DNA of 41,425 nucleotides from positions 2,659,844 to 2,701,268 of the forward strand of contig NW_003526940.1 of the NCBI RefSeq assembly GCF_000181795.1, in the 5' to 3' direction. Made by a program: the position numbers and the translations under genes. The first letter of the stretch is position 1; each line of letters starts with the position of its first letter. The notes below the pieces were generated by a model. It made no database searches. It had not been told where the DNA came from and was given only the letters and a program-made list of their open reading frames with translations. The DNA is from Trichinella spiralis (taxonomy: Eukaryota). Positions 1 to 12,970 of the stretch are shown here, in pieces.

Positions 1-286
1 TCCAGGTTTTTCAAACAGATTATTCAGTATTCTGATATTACACCCGGAATTTTACATCAAATCTAGATAAATTTCAACAGGAAATAAATTTATTTACAAA
101 CAGTCAGAGCAGATTTATATATCAAAAGGGAAATCGATAATAGACCAATGAGAAATGAAAACTAAATGTTGCAAAATGGTTATTTAAAATGAAATTCAAA
201 ACCGTCCGATTCATTTTCGTTTGCTGTTGGGTTTGCGATCAGTGCTTTTCGTTCGAGTTTTTCAAATCATTTTCTTTCTGTTCCCT

Positions 287-1377
287 ATGGCTAATGTACC
301 TGAGTTGCATCTTGTGCAAAATCGTTGCGGTGGTACGTCCCTTTTTCATGAAGGCAGGGCATGCAGATTAAAACGTGCCGGCAGAAAGAAATATTAGAGG
401 TGCTCGAAAGTATGTGCTAAATGTACAGTATATTTCCTTAATTATTAAGGATTAGTTTATTTTGTTACAGGATAAATAGAGTTGTGGTGGTGCCGTATGG
501 ACCAACCTTGATGTGACAACGGTGATCAAGCGGAATGATTACATCGAAAGCTGCCCGGTGGATGAACACTTGGCGTACAAAATGGAAAAGAGGGCGGCTT
601 TGACAAAGCGCAGCGCGGAAGAAACAAAGCCCATCCCGACCATTTATGACGAGGAAGCTTCCGCCGCGTCCGCCGAGCCATCAACATCTGGCCATTTTCC
701 TCTCTTTAGACGGCTAAGGGCCGCGATGTATGGCCACCGGGCGAAGCGCTTCCCCAGACTTCCTGAACACCGGCATGATCTGGTAATACCAGATCAGTTT
801 AAAACAACGAAGTCTGGAGAAGACTTTTTATTGTACCAAAGTAACTGCAGGCATATACTGGTATTTGCGACGGATACCAACATTAGACTGCTGGCAGCCT
901 GTCGAACCTGGGGCATGGATGGTACATTCAAGATTATACCTCAGTGGTATCAACAGCTATTTACCTTTGTGGCGGGCAAGCTGGTGCCAGCAGTCTATTG
1001 TTTATGTACGGATAAAGACATTGGAACGTGCGGGTATATTTTTCAAGCTTTAATAGACAAAGCGGCAGTTCTGGAGGTCGACCTTAATCCAGATACCATT
1101 ATCTGTGATTTTGAAACAGCCCTGATACCCGCGATTCAGGGCTACTTCCCGAATACGCGGGTACAGGGCTGCTACTTCCACTTCTGCCTTATGGACACCC
1201 TGATTCAACAAGTGCTATCAAGAAACGTGACCGTTGGTGACTTAAAGACGGGTAAACAGGGTTTATGCTCAAAAGCAACGACAGGTTGCACAATATACGG
1301 GTGAATACACCAACGTTAGACGTACGCTGGAGCAGTTCCTAGAAACTTTAATGTATATAACGCCGGAGCCGATTTAA
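287..1377 (+). pseudogene. MULE (Mutator-like) transposase pseudogene with N-terminal FLYWCH-like zinc finger, copy 1
   Basis: ATG at 287 (MANVPELHLVQNRCGG..KY*RCSK) and a GT-AG intron at 410-470, after which the frame continues into the 513 ORF. MULE motifs WGMDGTFK, PAVYCL, ICDFE and GCYFHF are present. Lesions: in-frame TAG stops at 395 and 477, an internal deletion at about 1190 (FHFC joined to MDTL) and a +1 frameshift near 1245. Confidence 0.9.
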
Positions 1378-2040
1378 TGCCGCCTTCCAAGTGGGTGGAT
1401 TGTATTTTATTATGTTGTGTTGTATTGTATTGTATTGTATTGTATTATTTAGTTTCTTGGTTTTTCGTTGTTTCCACTTTGTTAATGCCGTTCACTGTTG
1501 TTTTTTATTGTTGTTGTTGTTGTTGTTGTTGGCTGTTCTTTACTGTTGTTGCTGCTGCTGTTGACTAGTGAAAAATGAAAATCACTATTTAACTTATTTT
1601 TTGTATTGTTTTTTCTGAATGATTACTATCGCATATGATACAACGTCGCTTTGGTACAATAAAATAAAGAACAATGATAAAAATTTTCAAAAATACTGAT
1701 CATGAAAAAGTATAGACTACACCACAAATAATATATTTAAATAAACAAAATTTCAATTAATGACAAAACTTCAAACAAACAATAAAATTTTGGAATATAA
1801 ATATTTCCATTATTAATGTTACGTCACTACTTTAAAAGTTACGTAATCCCAAATGGAATATTTGAACCAATGAAATGAAAAAATATTACAGCTAATTACA
1901 AGGAAAAGATTTGAATCAGTGAGCAGTTAGACAAGGAAAACCAAAACGACAAAGACTTGACAGCCCAATAAAATGAAAACCAATACGACAAAGATTTGAC
2001 GGTCCAATAAAATAGCGTGGTCTAAGACCAATAAGTGAAC
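1378..2040 (+). mobile_element. 3' UTR and subterminal/TIR region of MULE copy 1
   Basis: Collinear with 28072-28960. Bases 1991-2020 match the right TIR of the 20890-21531 element (AAGATTTGACGGTCCAATAAAATAGCGTGG). Contains (TGTAT)n and (TGT)n tracts. Confidence 0.8.
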
Positions 2041-2122
2041 AGAACATCCCTAGGAGCAACTATATTCATAATATGAAAACAGAAAAGCAAATTGGCAAAA
2101 AGGCAAACATATAACGCAAATA

Positions 2123-2670
2123 CAGACATACCCTGCTTAACGTTCTTGGTTCGTTCGGGCAAAAAGAGCGTTAAGTGAAGCAGCGTTGTGCGAGTTCGTT
2201 ATATCTTGTGTTTATAGTACATCAGTTCAACCAAAATCCACAATTTACATAACAAAATTTTTTTTGAAATATCTGTATAAATATTTACATACTTTATTGA
2301 TAATGTTTATCATTTGCGTGATGGACCAGCTTTTGATTCCTCTATCTTGAGTTTCTTGATTACGAAACTATCAAATGTTAACTGCCTCTCCTTACGTTTC
2401 CTCTGATGTAGAATTTCTTGATAATAGGATATCATTTCAAGAACTTTTTATGATCTTGTCTAGCTTTGGAACTTCGGTCATCAACAGCATCCACTTCTAT
2501 GTACTGGTCCTTGATTTGTGTAATGTTGGCGATGCTGTTCTTGAGAAATTCTACTGTTGCAGTTCTCAAAAATATATCCTCTTTTGAATCAACGACTGTT
2601 GGTTTATTATCAGCGCATAAACTCTGCCAGTTATTTCAACTCATCATTGCTAACGCCCTCGTTGTGAAAT
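2123..2670 (-). mobile_element. Tigger/pogo (Tc1/mariner superfamily) 3' remnant
   Basis: TA followed by CAGACATACCCTGCTTAACG at 2121-2142, a Tigger-type terminus. The minus strand of 2310-2670 encodes a frameshifted Tigger-like C-terminus (HNEGVSNDEL..RTATVEFLKNSI..DRSSKAR..YQEILHQRKRKERQLTFDSF). Confidence 0.7.
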
Positions 2671-2999
2671 AATGAACACAGCACACCAAAAATATATGAC
2701 CGTATATCTGAAATCTAGTATAATCCAAACCAGTTAGCGTAAATGATTGGTAGTGTGTACGAAATAACTCAAGCAACATGATATAATAAAATCGTTTCAG
2801 TGCTGTTAAAAATATTTAGCTAAATTTATCGCTTTATGAAATAATGAGTCATGTGACATGCCAAAAAAACAGCGTTAAAAATGCTTTTAAAATCCTTTAT
2901 AGTTTCACACTTCATTGATTACAGAATTTAATCATCGAAAAAGAAAGTCAGACAAGGAACAAAGAACGCAAAGCCAACACCAAAAAGAGAAACATGAGA

Positions 3000-3235
3000 A
3001 CAATAGAAAAGTTTACGGTTTTGAATTACCATTTTCGATTTTTGAAACATTTCATTTCGTCTATAATTGAAAATCAACTTGGGATATTGGTTGTGGCGCC
3101 AATGCCCTTGGTTGATGACGGCAGAAGAAAATTAATCACACACAAATGGTTCGTTCACCAATGCTGACATCAAAGAATGCGATGTACACTGCCAGTGAAA
3201 TGAAGAAGCTTTAATAACTTTTCTGCTTTGTGCCA
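3000..3235 (-). repeat. Dispersed leader repeat (family A), 3' part
   Basis: Reverse complement of about 7950-8190 (CAGTGxACATCGCA..GATGTCAGCATT..AAAACCGT). Confidence 0.75.
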
Positions 3236-5064
3236 TCCGGCTTTCCTTCTTCATCTTCTCTCGTCACATTATTGTAATGCATCGTTCACAGCAGCAATAC
3301 GCACTTGTTGCATTTCAGAGTGTAGCTAACCATTGTGAACGACGACAATGACGAGCCCACTTGTCAACCCTTGGCTTGTATTACTTCTGATGGCATTTCT
3401 TTTTTATTCCTCCGCAATGTTCCCACAATTGTCGTTTTTTTGGCTAACAGATCTTCCGCCAATGGTGGTATGCTGGTGAAAAAGTTATCCATCGTTATAT
3501 TTCTACCTTTCCCACACCAAGGTCTCACTAACCGTTTCACAAGATTGGCAACATTCATTCATTCGTCCAGTCTGGCCTGGCTGTTTGCCCGCGTAAATTT
3601 CTCCGGCCAAGGGGTATGATGTTTCAGCATCACAACACCAAAATATTTTTATTCCATATTTTCCAGGTTTACATGGCATGTACTGTCGTAGGCTGCTTCG
3701 TGCGCGCGTTGAGACCAGCTGCTCATCAACGGTCAAAAATGCTGACGGCTTGCATATATTTTTTAAATTTGTTCAAAGCACTGTCCACATATTGCGAAAT
3801 GCAGCTAGTTTATCGCATTTCAACCGCGCAACTCTGGTACTGTTGTCATCGAATCTACAGAATCTAAGCAGATCTTTAAATCTGTTTTCAGTCATTACGG
3901 TCTTCCGTTGTTCAATGACCAAAGATTCGATACGGATTCGTCAGATGACTTGAAAACACCGGAAATGAGTAACAAACCAATGAATGCATATATCTCTTTT
4001 TCATCGGTTGGCTTCCACGATTTCATCGCATCTGGATGTTTTTCATTCCATTCCCTAAGAACTTTTTCTGCTTTCTTATTCGTGTTCTGGACTATTACAT
4101 TCACCATAGCTGGAGTGATGAGCAGTTTTATTGCATCTCCAGGACACTGAATACCTGATGCCGTTCTAAGCACGGCAGACATCTGACGAACTATATTGTG
4201 GGAACGTGTCTACGTTGCAGATGGCACTGAAGTGGTCCAAACACGACCAGATTTGCATGTAAATTCCTTACTATCAGCAGCAACTACCCGGGTAAGTTTT
4301 GTATCAGGTAATTCAAAACAGACAATTCACCTGAGGTAGATGTAGAAGCAATCAAATGTTCTTCTTGCTTCAGATAATCTGATACATTTTCATCAAAATC
4401 AGAGGAACTGTTCTCATTCTGTTAGATCCTCGAAAATACGGTTCCGTAGAAATACAGCTGTAACAACCCGCTGCCAGGTGGGGCCAGCGGATCTGCCTCC
4501 GGGTTCGCGCCAGTTCGTCCGCCGTCGCTCTATGCTTGTTCTTTCTCGCACTCTCGGTCTCGTCTTCTCGTCGACATTCTCAGGACACACTTCCACACGT
4601 ACTACTCGTCTCCACGTCGGTCACCGCTCTCGTTCAGACAAGATCCGTCTCGCTTTTCGCCGCTCCAATATATAGAAGGCTTTCGCCGCAGGGGGGCACC
4701 GGGGAGGGTCAACTGAAATTTGATCCCCTATTGTCTTGCTAACAGTCCCCCCCCCCCCAGCTTGCGGCCCTTCTATAAATCAGCGGCACGTTACACAGGG
4801 ACTTTGATCCACTGCCCCAACCGATCATCAGCGACCGGCGTGCCCTCGGATCAATGACCGAACGGCCCGCCGAACAATGGCTAATTAGGTACCGACTTGT
4901 CGGGTCATGAGGGTCTGTCGCCAGAAGCCACCCGCGGTCCTCGCCGGCGGCGTCTTTGAACTGGGCGGGATGGGAGGTTTTACTGCCGCGGCTCCGCGTC
5001 TACCTCGGCCGGACCTGCAATGAACAACGCCGCCGTATAGCCATGGTTGTTACAGAGCCATCAT
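3236..5064 (-). pseudogene. piggyBac (PGBD4-like, DDE_Tnp_1_7) transposase pseudogene, 3'-truncated and interrupted by a solo LTR
   Basis: Motifs include an acidic N-terminus, EIYAFIGLL, RFKDLLRFCRFDD, TVDEQLV, QYMPCKPGKYGIK, ITMDNFFTS and GTLRRNK. There are multiple stops and frameshifts. Homology ends at GKPD (about 3236), before the third catalytic Asp. Confidence 0.9.
4459..5054. mobile_element. Solo LTR (596 bp, GC-rich)
   Basis: Perfect 10-bp terminal inverted repeat TGTAACAACC...GGTTGTTACA. Flanks are CAGC/GAGC (possible 4-bp TSD with 1 mismatch). There is a sharp GC contrast with the flanks. Confidence 0.75.
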
Positions 5065-5389
5065 AAGCACACGGAATAACCCTGAAAAGAAAATAATAAA
5101 AAATGAAATGCTTATATATGCGAAAGAACTTACGAATGCGTAAACAGGAAACTCAAAAAGAAACAAATGCAACATAAAAACCACAAATGTGAGAAACATG
5201 TGTAAATGTCAAATGTTTAAAAGGTTGGTCGGTTCCCATGGAAAACTAGATGAATCATTTTTCAAATTGTTGCTATTGTTGAAACAAAATTTTGCAAACA
5301 ATGATCAACAAATGCAGAGTCAATTATCATTTATGTCAGAAGAAAAATTTCTATACTGATTATAAAAAATGAAAAGTTAATGATTTCCA

Positions 5390-5900
5390 TAAATACTGTT
5401 CAAAAGGATGCCAACCAGTAGTTGCTTTGCTCGTCAGATAAATTACATGCTTGCTCGCAATTTTAAGAATTATGTGCATTTAGTGCGTTCTCGTTTGTCA
5501 TAATGGATGAATTGGTAGAGCCGATTTTAGTACAATTCGAAAACAAACAACCGACAAATTATCATCAGCGCAGTTGTTAGCTAAAACTAGGAATGAGAAC
5601 TACTCAATATGATCATTTTTCAAATTTTAGCACAACTGTTTTTTCTAATCTTTCTTCTTTGCAGTCAAAAAAAATTGCTTTCATCTTCACGAAGTTTCTT
5701 TTGCCCTTCTTGATCTTTCTCGTTTTTATTTAAAGAAAAAAATATATCTGAAATTTTATTTGCAAATAAGATTACATACTTGTTCATACATGTTGTGCAA
5801 ATTGTGTAAAATTTGTTTTTGAATATCCAGTATAAACCGACGACTGGGTTGACCAACAATCAAGTTCCGATATTTGTATTTCAATGATAAAGAAATATTC
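5390..5900 (-). repeat. Dispersed leader repeat (family A), 5' part
   Basis: Reverse-complement matches to 7375-7880 (GTCAACCCAGTxGTCGGTTTA; AAAGCAACT..CTTTTGAACAGTATTT). Confidence 0.75.
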
Positions 5901-7329
5901 AACATTCAAAACCAAAATATACGCTTGTAATTTCGCTGATCTAGTGCATTTTTAAAATCATTTTATCCAACAACACAAAGTCAAAGAAAGTTGGTCTTTT
6001 GTTCCCAGTTTTATCCATCACGGCTGTTTTTGATATCTTCCCATAGCACTGTATATGCTCTACCGAAATATGATCATTGCTAAGTATTCTCGTCTTGGAA
6101 CCTTCGCAACCTTTAATATCATCTTGCTCCCACGGGTTTTAATTGAATATTTTGCTTGTTCGAATTGGTTACTAGCTTATTCTTAAAATGATATCAAAAT
6201 AATCATTTTATTTGACTATAGATGAATAAATAATTTCTGCAATATATCTGATGAGAGAATTCTTCTGGCATTTTTTAATCTGTTACTGCTTATTCGTTAT
6301 TAGTTGATTTTCATGTATTATTATGTGTATGTATTTCTGGCTAAATAAATGATATTATTCCCTAGGCTGGGGCGACAATTGTATAAAGATAAATTGATAA
6401 TTGAAAATTGATCATTTACCATTTTTTAAAGAAAAAGCTTTTAGTTATGACTTTGCAAATGATACTTTTAAAAAGCTTTTGCGTTTTACATTTCACTGTT
6501 AACAAAAAATTATCTCATTGCTTAATTTTATTCTTGTAAGTTTGCTTTTACATTTTACTTCTTCACATCTATGCTGATCAACAGACGGTTTTCACAGAAA
6601 CTTTTCTGCTATTCGCTATAAGCGCTTCAGAACTATGCAAATGCATAGTACAGAAATTTCCATTTTACAAAAACGCAAATCTGAACTTTATTACAATATA
6701 TACCATGGGCAAGATGGGCAATACAACGATATCGTGGAAAAAGTCCATTTCTAAACTTGTAGACATTATGCCACGGCAACCAACTAATCGTTATGTTGAA
6801 AAAATGGATTAGCTGTAATATTACAATAATAATGTGCTACATTAAGCCATTGTTTGTATGTTTATTCACAACCCGTATTTGTCATTATGATTTGTGCACT
6901 TGAGCGTGTGGCATCTCCCTTTGTGTATTGGCTTATGTCGGTTTTTTGAGAAACAAACTGAAATTCATTATTATTTATTCTCATCATTCAGAAACACATC
7001 TCAAACCTACGACACAGAAAATAGCACAAGCTAATGATAAGCATTGAGGAGTGAAATAAATGAAAAACTGAATTGACGGTTTTGTTCTTTACAAATTAAA
7101 TATCTTTATTATCTAATTGCATTATTCTACAAAAATATAGAAGCAACAAATGAATAGCCTGAAGAAGAGATAGCTGAACAAAGAGATGTTAAATAAACGT
7201 GTTTATCTAGGTCATTTTTTGTTTTCATAATTTGACATGTAATGACTTTTTACGATGGTAAAAGAGCAAAAAAAATAATTTTCTTTGCTTTCACTTTTGT
7301 TTTGTAAAATCAATAGAATTTCGAAATGC

Positions 7330-8520
7330 AGCAGATATTTTTTGTTCTGGAATGTTGAACCATAGTAATACAAGAATTGCAACTCGAATGTTTAGTCAAC
7401 CCAGTAGTCGGTTTACTTTAGATATTGAAGGAGAAATTTAATACAGTTTACACAAAATGTATAATCACAAATTTCTATTTTAAACAAAATTCCAGATTTT
7501 ATTTTTTATTTAAATGATACATAAGAAGAAAAACAATAACTCTTGTGAAGAGAAGCGAAAGAAAGATTGGAAAGATTAAATTCTTTTGCAAGCCAGAAAT
7601 ATTTTCAGAAAACATTCAGGTAAAATCAGAAAAGTATTTCGATGCTAACATTCAGCAACCATCACTCCTAGTTTTAGCTGAAAACTGCAGCTGTAGACAA
7701 TTTATCAATTTTAGATTTTCCTTTTGTATTTGAATAGCCTTCAACTAGCCTTTATCAGAACAATATCTGTCAAACAGCAAAGAACCTTTGACATAAATCT
7801 GATTTAATTATTAGCTAAGAAGGTGATTTATATGACGAGTGAAAGCAACTGTTGGCTGACATTTCTTTTGAACAGTATTTTTAAACTCGGATGGATAAAT
7901 AAAAGTGAAGCACTTCGAAAGCAGAAAGAAAGCGATGAACAGCACCAACCAAGCACAGAAGCGCTTGAAGCTGCTTCAAATTCACTTTGCAGTGGACATC
8001 GCATTGTTCGATGTCAGCATTTGTGTGTGATTAATAATCTTCTGTCAACATCAACAAAAGGCATTGGTGTCACAAGAAATATCAATCAAAGTTGATCTTC
8101 AGTTGTAGATAAAATGAGAAATGAAAAACTAAATGTTGTTGCAAAATGGTTATTTAAAATGAAATTTAAATCCGTCAAATTTATTTTCCTTTTTGGTCTT
8201 GCGTTTGAGTTCAGTGCTTAACATTCGAGGGTTATTAGCTAAGGAGCAAAACAAGATCAGACATCATCATCCGAAATTTGCCTGCTGAAATTGTGATGGA
8301 TACGGCTTTCTGGATTGAACGGCAATGAACAGAAAATGGACGCGGAAATGAATTCCGTTATTACTAATACTGGAGTAAGCGAAAAGTACACTATGAAGCA
8401 GGAAGTAAAATGCTGCTGGGCATAAAGCTTGACGCAGCTAATTGAGCTAGACAAATCAACCGGAACGGTGCATAAGCTATTTAAAAGAAAATTCAACACT
8501 GCGAATGCTATTTTATTATG
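7330..8520 (+). repeat. Dispersed leader repeat (family A), long copy
   Basis: Collinear with 14750-15920 (+), 26560-27560 (-) and 148-260 (+). Confidence 0.8.
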
Positions 8521-8763
8521 TGAACAATAAAATGTAAAACTGAAGAATCATTAATGTTATTGACTAAGATAACCACTTATTTAAAGCCACATTCAAATAT
8601 TGCAAGACATCTTGTTAAATGCTCTTCTTAACAACATACACAAACAATATGCAAATATGAAGAAGTTAAACAATAGTTTTAAGCATATTAACTTTGTTAT
8701 TGTTAAAATTCTTTTAACGAAACAAAGGATAGCTAACAACATATATTAAAAAGCTGTGTTTCA

Positions 8764-8943
8764 AAAATAGTAAATGTTTTTTTATGTCCATGGAAGGTAT
8801 TTTAATGGTAATGCACCCATATTTGGAAAAGGATTGATAAACAACAATCACCCAATCCTCGATCACAGTTGAATAGCTAATCAAATGGCAAAATTATTCA
8901 CCCAATCACTTATTATAGTGATTAGCTAATAAAATAGCAGAAG
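8764..8943 (-). repeat. Fragment of MULE-like subterminal sequence, inverted copy of 13350-13529
   Basis: About 180 bp of high-identity reverse-complement match to 13350-13529. Confidence 0.8.
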
Positions 8944-8965
8944 CGGCAACTCAAGTTCGAACAAA

Positions 8966-9330
8966 TGTCGACCAGGAAAAACAAAATGCTCCGGATAGGG
9001 ATTTATTAATCAAGTTTACAATACCAAAAAACGTCTACTAAACACAGACACAACTCTAAACTCTACTAAACAGCAGTCTTTTATCACCCTTGTTATTCGA
9101 TTAACTATACTTTAATCATATTCAAAATGACAAGATACCGAGTTTACACAGCAGGCGGAGGCTGGCTTGGACGGGAGATCGCTGGAGTAGGCCACCGAGC
9201 TGACTTGCAAATAGGTGATCGTTAGCCTGGCTGAAGCATGAATTCATTGTCTGCCAGATCTAGTTCGAAGAATAACAATGCTACCGTTTCTGGCGGAGCG
9301 TAACCCCGTGCGAATTGGGTGGCACTTACA
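8966..9330 (-). mobile_element. Probable solo LTR (365 bp)
   Basis: TGT...ACA ends, flanks ACAAA/ACTAA (5-bp TSD with 1 mismatch) and a minus-strand AATAAA near 9002. Confidence 0.5.
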
Positions 9331-9551
9331 ACTAAGGATATGAAGGTTCGAGGCTACAGTACCTCTTCTGTTCCCTGCGGAACACTACTTTACTTTTCTT
9401 TGTCATTTCTGTTCAGTTATTACTATTACATTTCATTCAACTTTTTTGTGGCGCAATAGAAAATATAGAGTTAGGAAAAATTTGTTTATAAAATGCTAAT
9501 CACTGAAAAATATAAAATTTGAAGACAAACAATACATTTAAAGAAAAAGAT

Positions 9552-12240
9552 TGTTAAAACTACTTTTGCTCGAACTTGATAATCGGAATTTGCTACCATA
9601 ACCCGAAGTTGGTTGATTGGACGTCATTGTCACGTTTTGCGGGTGAGCAACGGGTTCATGTATATCAGTGGTGCGCAACTTTTTGGCTACTGGAGGCCGC
9701 ATTCAGCATCCTTCAAGTCACAGCAGCCTTAAGTGAGCCCAACCACACTGTCCAAAGATACCCAATTTGATTGAAAATCCACCTATGTCCAATGAGATTT
9801 GGAAATCTACCTACGACCGCATTTACGCCAATTCCAAAAGCATGGAATGAGGTGCATAAGAAGAAATATTTTGTTTTCCCAAAAATTTTTTCAATTTAGC
9901 ATCGTTCATCGTCGGCCGCACATTTTCGGCTGCTCGTTCGATTCGCAGATTGCGCACCCCTGATGTATATATTGAAGGCGTGCGATAGATTGCTTTGACG
10001 GTTTTGAGTGCGACTGCGTCTGATTGATCAACTTCCTTGTGTTTCGTTGTTCTGAAATTGCAGCTAACTCCTCTAAGCCGCAAAAGGGCCAGCGATTCAA
10101 TTAGTTATACCCAACTGTCTCGCGTACAGTTGGATTAACCGTGAGAATCATAAACCCGATTATTCTCAACATAATTTGGTGCCACGAACCGAGAGACCGG
10201 AAGTAAGATTTGTTTTGAGATGAAAGCAGAAACGGCGAAAAGGCGCTTAATTCTCGACCAGAGAGGTTAGAAAGGCGTAATCAGCCGAGTTGTGATGCAA
10301 GTGGAAGAAGCCACCTCACGGACAGCAGTCAAGTGCGTCCTGAATGCGCACTATGCAGAGGCACATAGAGCTCAGGTTCCGTCAGAAGACGCTCTTCCAG
10401 ACAAAGACGTTCTTGAAGCGCCGCTTCAAGAATGGTGGTCACTGGTGAAAGAAGTGTCCATGATGCGTATTGAGGCTGCGACTTTTTTAAATGAGGAGGA
10501 AGCGGGCGATACCTCACAACAGAAACCACAACTGAATGAGAATTCGCCGCCGAAGTCTGATGGCGACATACTGCAGTTAAATCGTTTTGGGACCAATTTG
10601 AGGCGTGTCCATCTACGGGAAGAACTAAGCAACATCACAGAGCTCCATTATCTGAGATGATGTTTGTCTGGTCCGGCGTTGAAGGCAATTGAAGGTGTGA
10701 CGGTTTGTGCGCCACTCAAGAATCGATTTCACCGACTGCAGGACTTCGTGGAGAGTCATGGATATTCCCGCAGTTGAGCCTGGTTGGATTAAAGTCGTAC
10801 GCGCACGACGGAGCTGCACAGCTGACGAGACTGCATGATGAGCTGAATAGGCACTTTATACAGGTGAATGCTCATGGGAAAAATGTGATTAGTGGCCTGA
10901 ACGGCCACTTTTGCCTTCACTCACTTTTTACCCACTTTTGCTCATAACAAAGAAGAAACTTCGATCTGGGGCCGTAACCGACTTAAAGGGCTTCGTCACG
11001 GGCAAGATGTATGATGAGATCACGTCGGATGAGTTTCTCGCCTTTTTGTTAGATCAAGCCAGGATCAGAGAATCGGACAACGCAACTCGAACGAAAGCTA
11101 CTCTGAAGAAGGACAAGCCGGAGTATGAGAAAAGAGAGTCTGAATTATGGTTCAGGACCGCGTTGGACCCGTGCAATATGGATCGGAGTGTTTCGTGTGT
11201 GGCGGGAATCATTTGCCCGACGATCGTCCGCGGTTCATGAGACACCCCGTGCCGGAGAAATGGCATTGTGTGCAGAAGGGACATCGCAAAGAGGATTTTC
11301 CAAAGAGGAAAGCGGGACAGGCGCTGAATGCGCTGCTTGAATGAGGTGCCACAAACAAGCGCGAGAACCGCCAGAGGGCGGGGGATCCTGCCGACCGCCG
11401 ACGACTGAACGGATGATCCAGTGATGAAGTGATTTGAAGAATTCTCTGCGATGGATTGAGATATTCGCATTGAGTAGGCTAAGAGCGTTGAACCGGCGGT
11501 TGAACCGCGTCCCGGAGAAAGAACAGGGGTACGCAGGATTCATCTGTGCCTGTCTTGACGGTGGATAGGCAGAAGAAGAGGATGGAAGAAAAGTTCCCTC
11601 AGGAAGGACATGGTTAACCTGTCCCATCCGGCCGTCTAGCAAGACAATCACGGTAAGAAGAAATGTCGGGTAATGTTCGACGGCTCTGCGGAATGGAACA
11701 GTACATCCTTGAACAGCTATCCCGACCCAGGACCGAAGTTACAATACAACGTATAGTCACCACGCTTCTCTGGCTCCGAGGATCCAAGATCACACTGCAG
11801 CCGACACCGAGAAGATGTATCTGCCGGTCAAATTGCGTCAGGAAGATCGGGACGTGCCGTTTTATACGGAAGGATGGGTGTTGCACAGCCCCCATGAAGG
11901 TCTACCGGTTGACGCGGGTGAGGTTCGACCTCACATGCTTCCCATTGCTCGCCATGCAATTGGTGAGGCACCATGCGCAACGCCGTTGGAGCATCGACGA
12001 GCTGTGATGGAATTGATGTGGTCCGGCAACTGGTCTAGAGGCTGACGAAACTCATGCGAGCTGACGACGTTACTTTCAGGTAATGGGCAAGCAATGTGTC
12101 AGACGCATTGAGGTACCTCCCACCGAAAGATGTATCTTTAGCTGATGAGGGCCGGTTGTGGAAGACGTATTGTATTGGAACCGACACAGCGACCGCCTGA
12201 TGTCCGTGCCCATGTCGACATCCACCTGGAGTGGCATGAA
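9552..12240 (+). mobile_element. Decayed BEL/Pao LTR retrotransposon (5' LTR, PBS, broken gag and partial RT)
   Basis: LTR TGTT..AACA at 9552-10171, PBS TGGTGCCACGA at 10177, gag ATG at 10220 (MKAETAKRR). Fragments are homologous to the 29443-35402 element (LTRLHDELNRHF, APMKVYRLTRV, LWKT), with many indels and no 3' half. Confidence 0.85.
9666..9962. mobile_element. hAT (Buster/Charlie-type) MITE, 297 bp
   Basis: TIRs CAGTGGTGCGCAA / TTGCGCACCCCTG (12/13 match). Perfect 8-bp TSD ATGTATAT at 9658-9665 and 9963-9970, with a central TA. Confidence 0.93.
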
Positions 12241-12970
12241 TGAATGGTTATGGATGATAATGGAAATTTATGGATATCCATTTCAAATGAATCAGTTTTC
12301 ACAATTGTCATTATTTAACTCTCCGTCTAACTGACTGGTTGCTGGCTTATCTTTGAGGTGAATAATAAATTGTACTCATAGTTCAAATCATTCTAAAGAT
12401 CATGGTAAGCAATTTTTAAATTGGCATTCGATGATTTTTTTGATTGAATTTGTTATTAAAATTACTCTGAATTTATTAAAATTTTCTTTAGTTGTCAATG
12501 CTAAACAGTCTGCACGTTGCCGAATATGAACAAAGAGAACGAGAATTATTGGACTGGATTCGTGCCGTGTCTTCAAAGATCAAAACTTTACCAGAGGAAG
12601 CTAGTAAGTCACAGTACAGCTTGCCGATTTTAAAGATTTTAATTTATGAAATTAATTGAATTAATTACTTTAAGTATTACTCGAATTGAGTCAGACAAGT
12701 TACTGCAGAGTTCAACGTGGGTTTTTATAATGAAGTTTTTAACTGCAGCTTCAGCAAAATATGTACATAAACAGCAACGTAATTGTTAATAAAAATTAAG
12801 TTTGTAGCAAAAAACCGCTAAATATTATCTTATTCTTTAAGTAATTTTAACGCAGTATTATGAAAATAAAAAAGCAATAAGAAAGATTTTTCAAAATAAA
12901 ATGCATTTATTCAGGAAAGTTGTAAAACGTTTGCAAGCTATTTCTCACAGTATGAACTGTATGTCTATAG

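Noticed and set aside
2690..2712. Second Tigger TIR (GTATATCTG)
   Set aside because: The match is only about 8 bp and has no TA flank.
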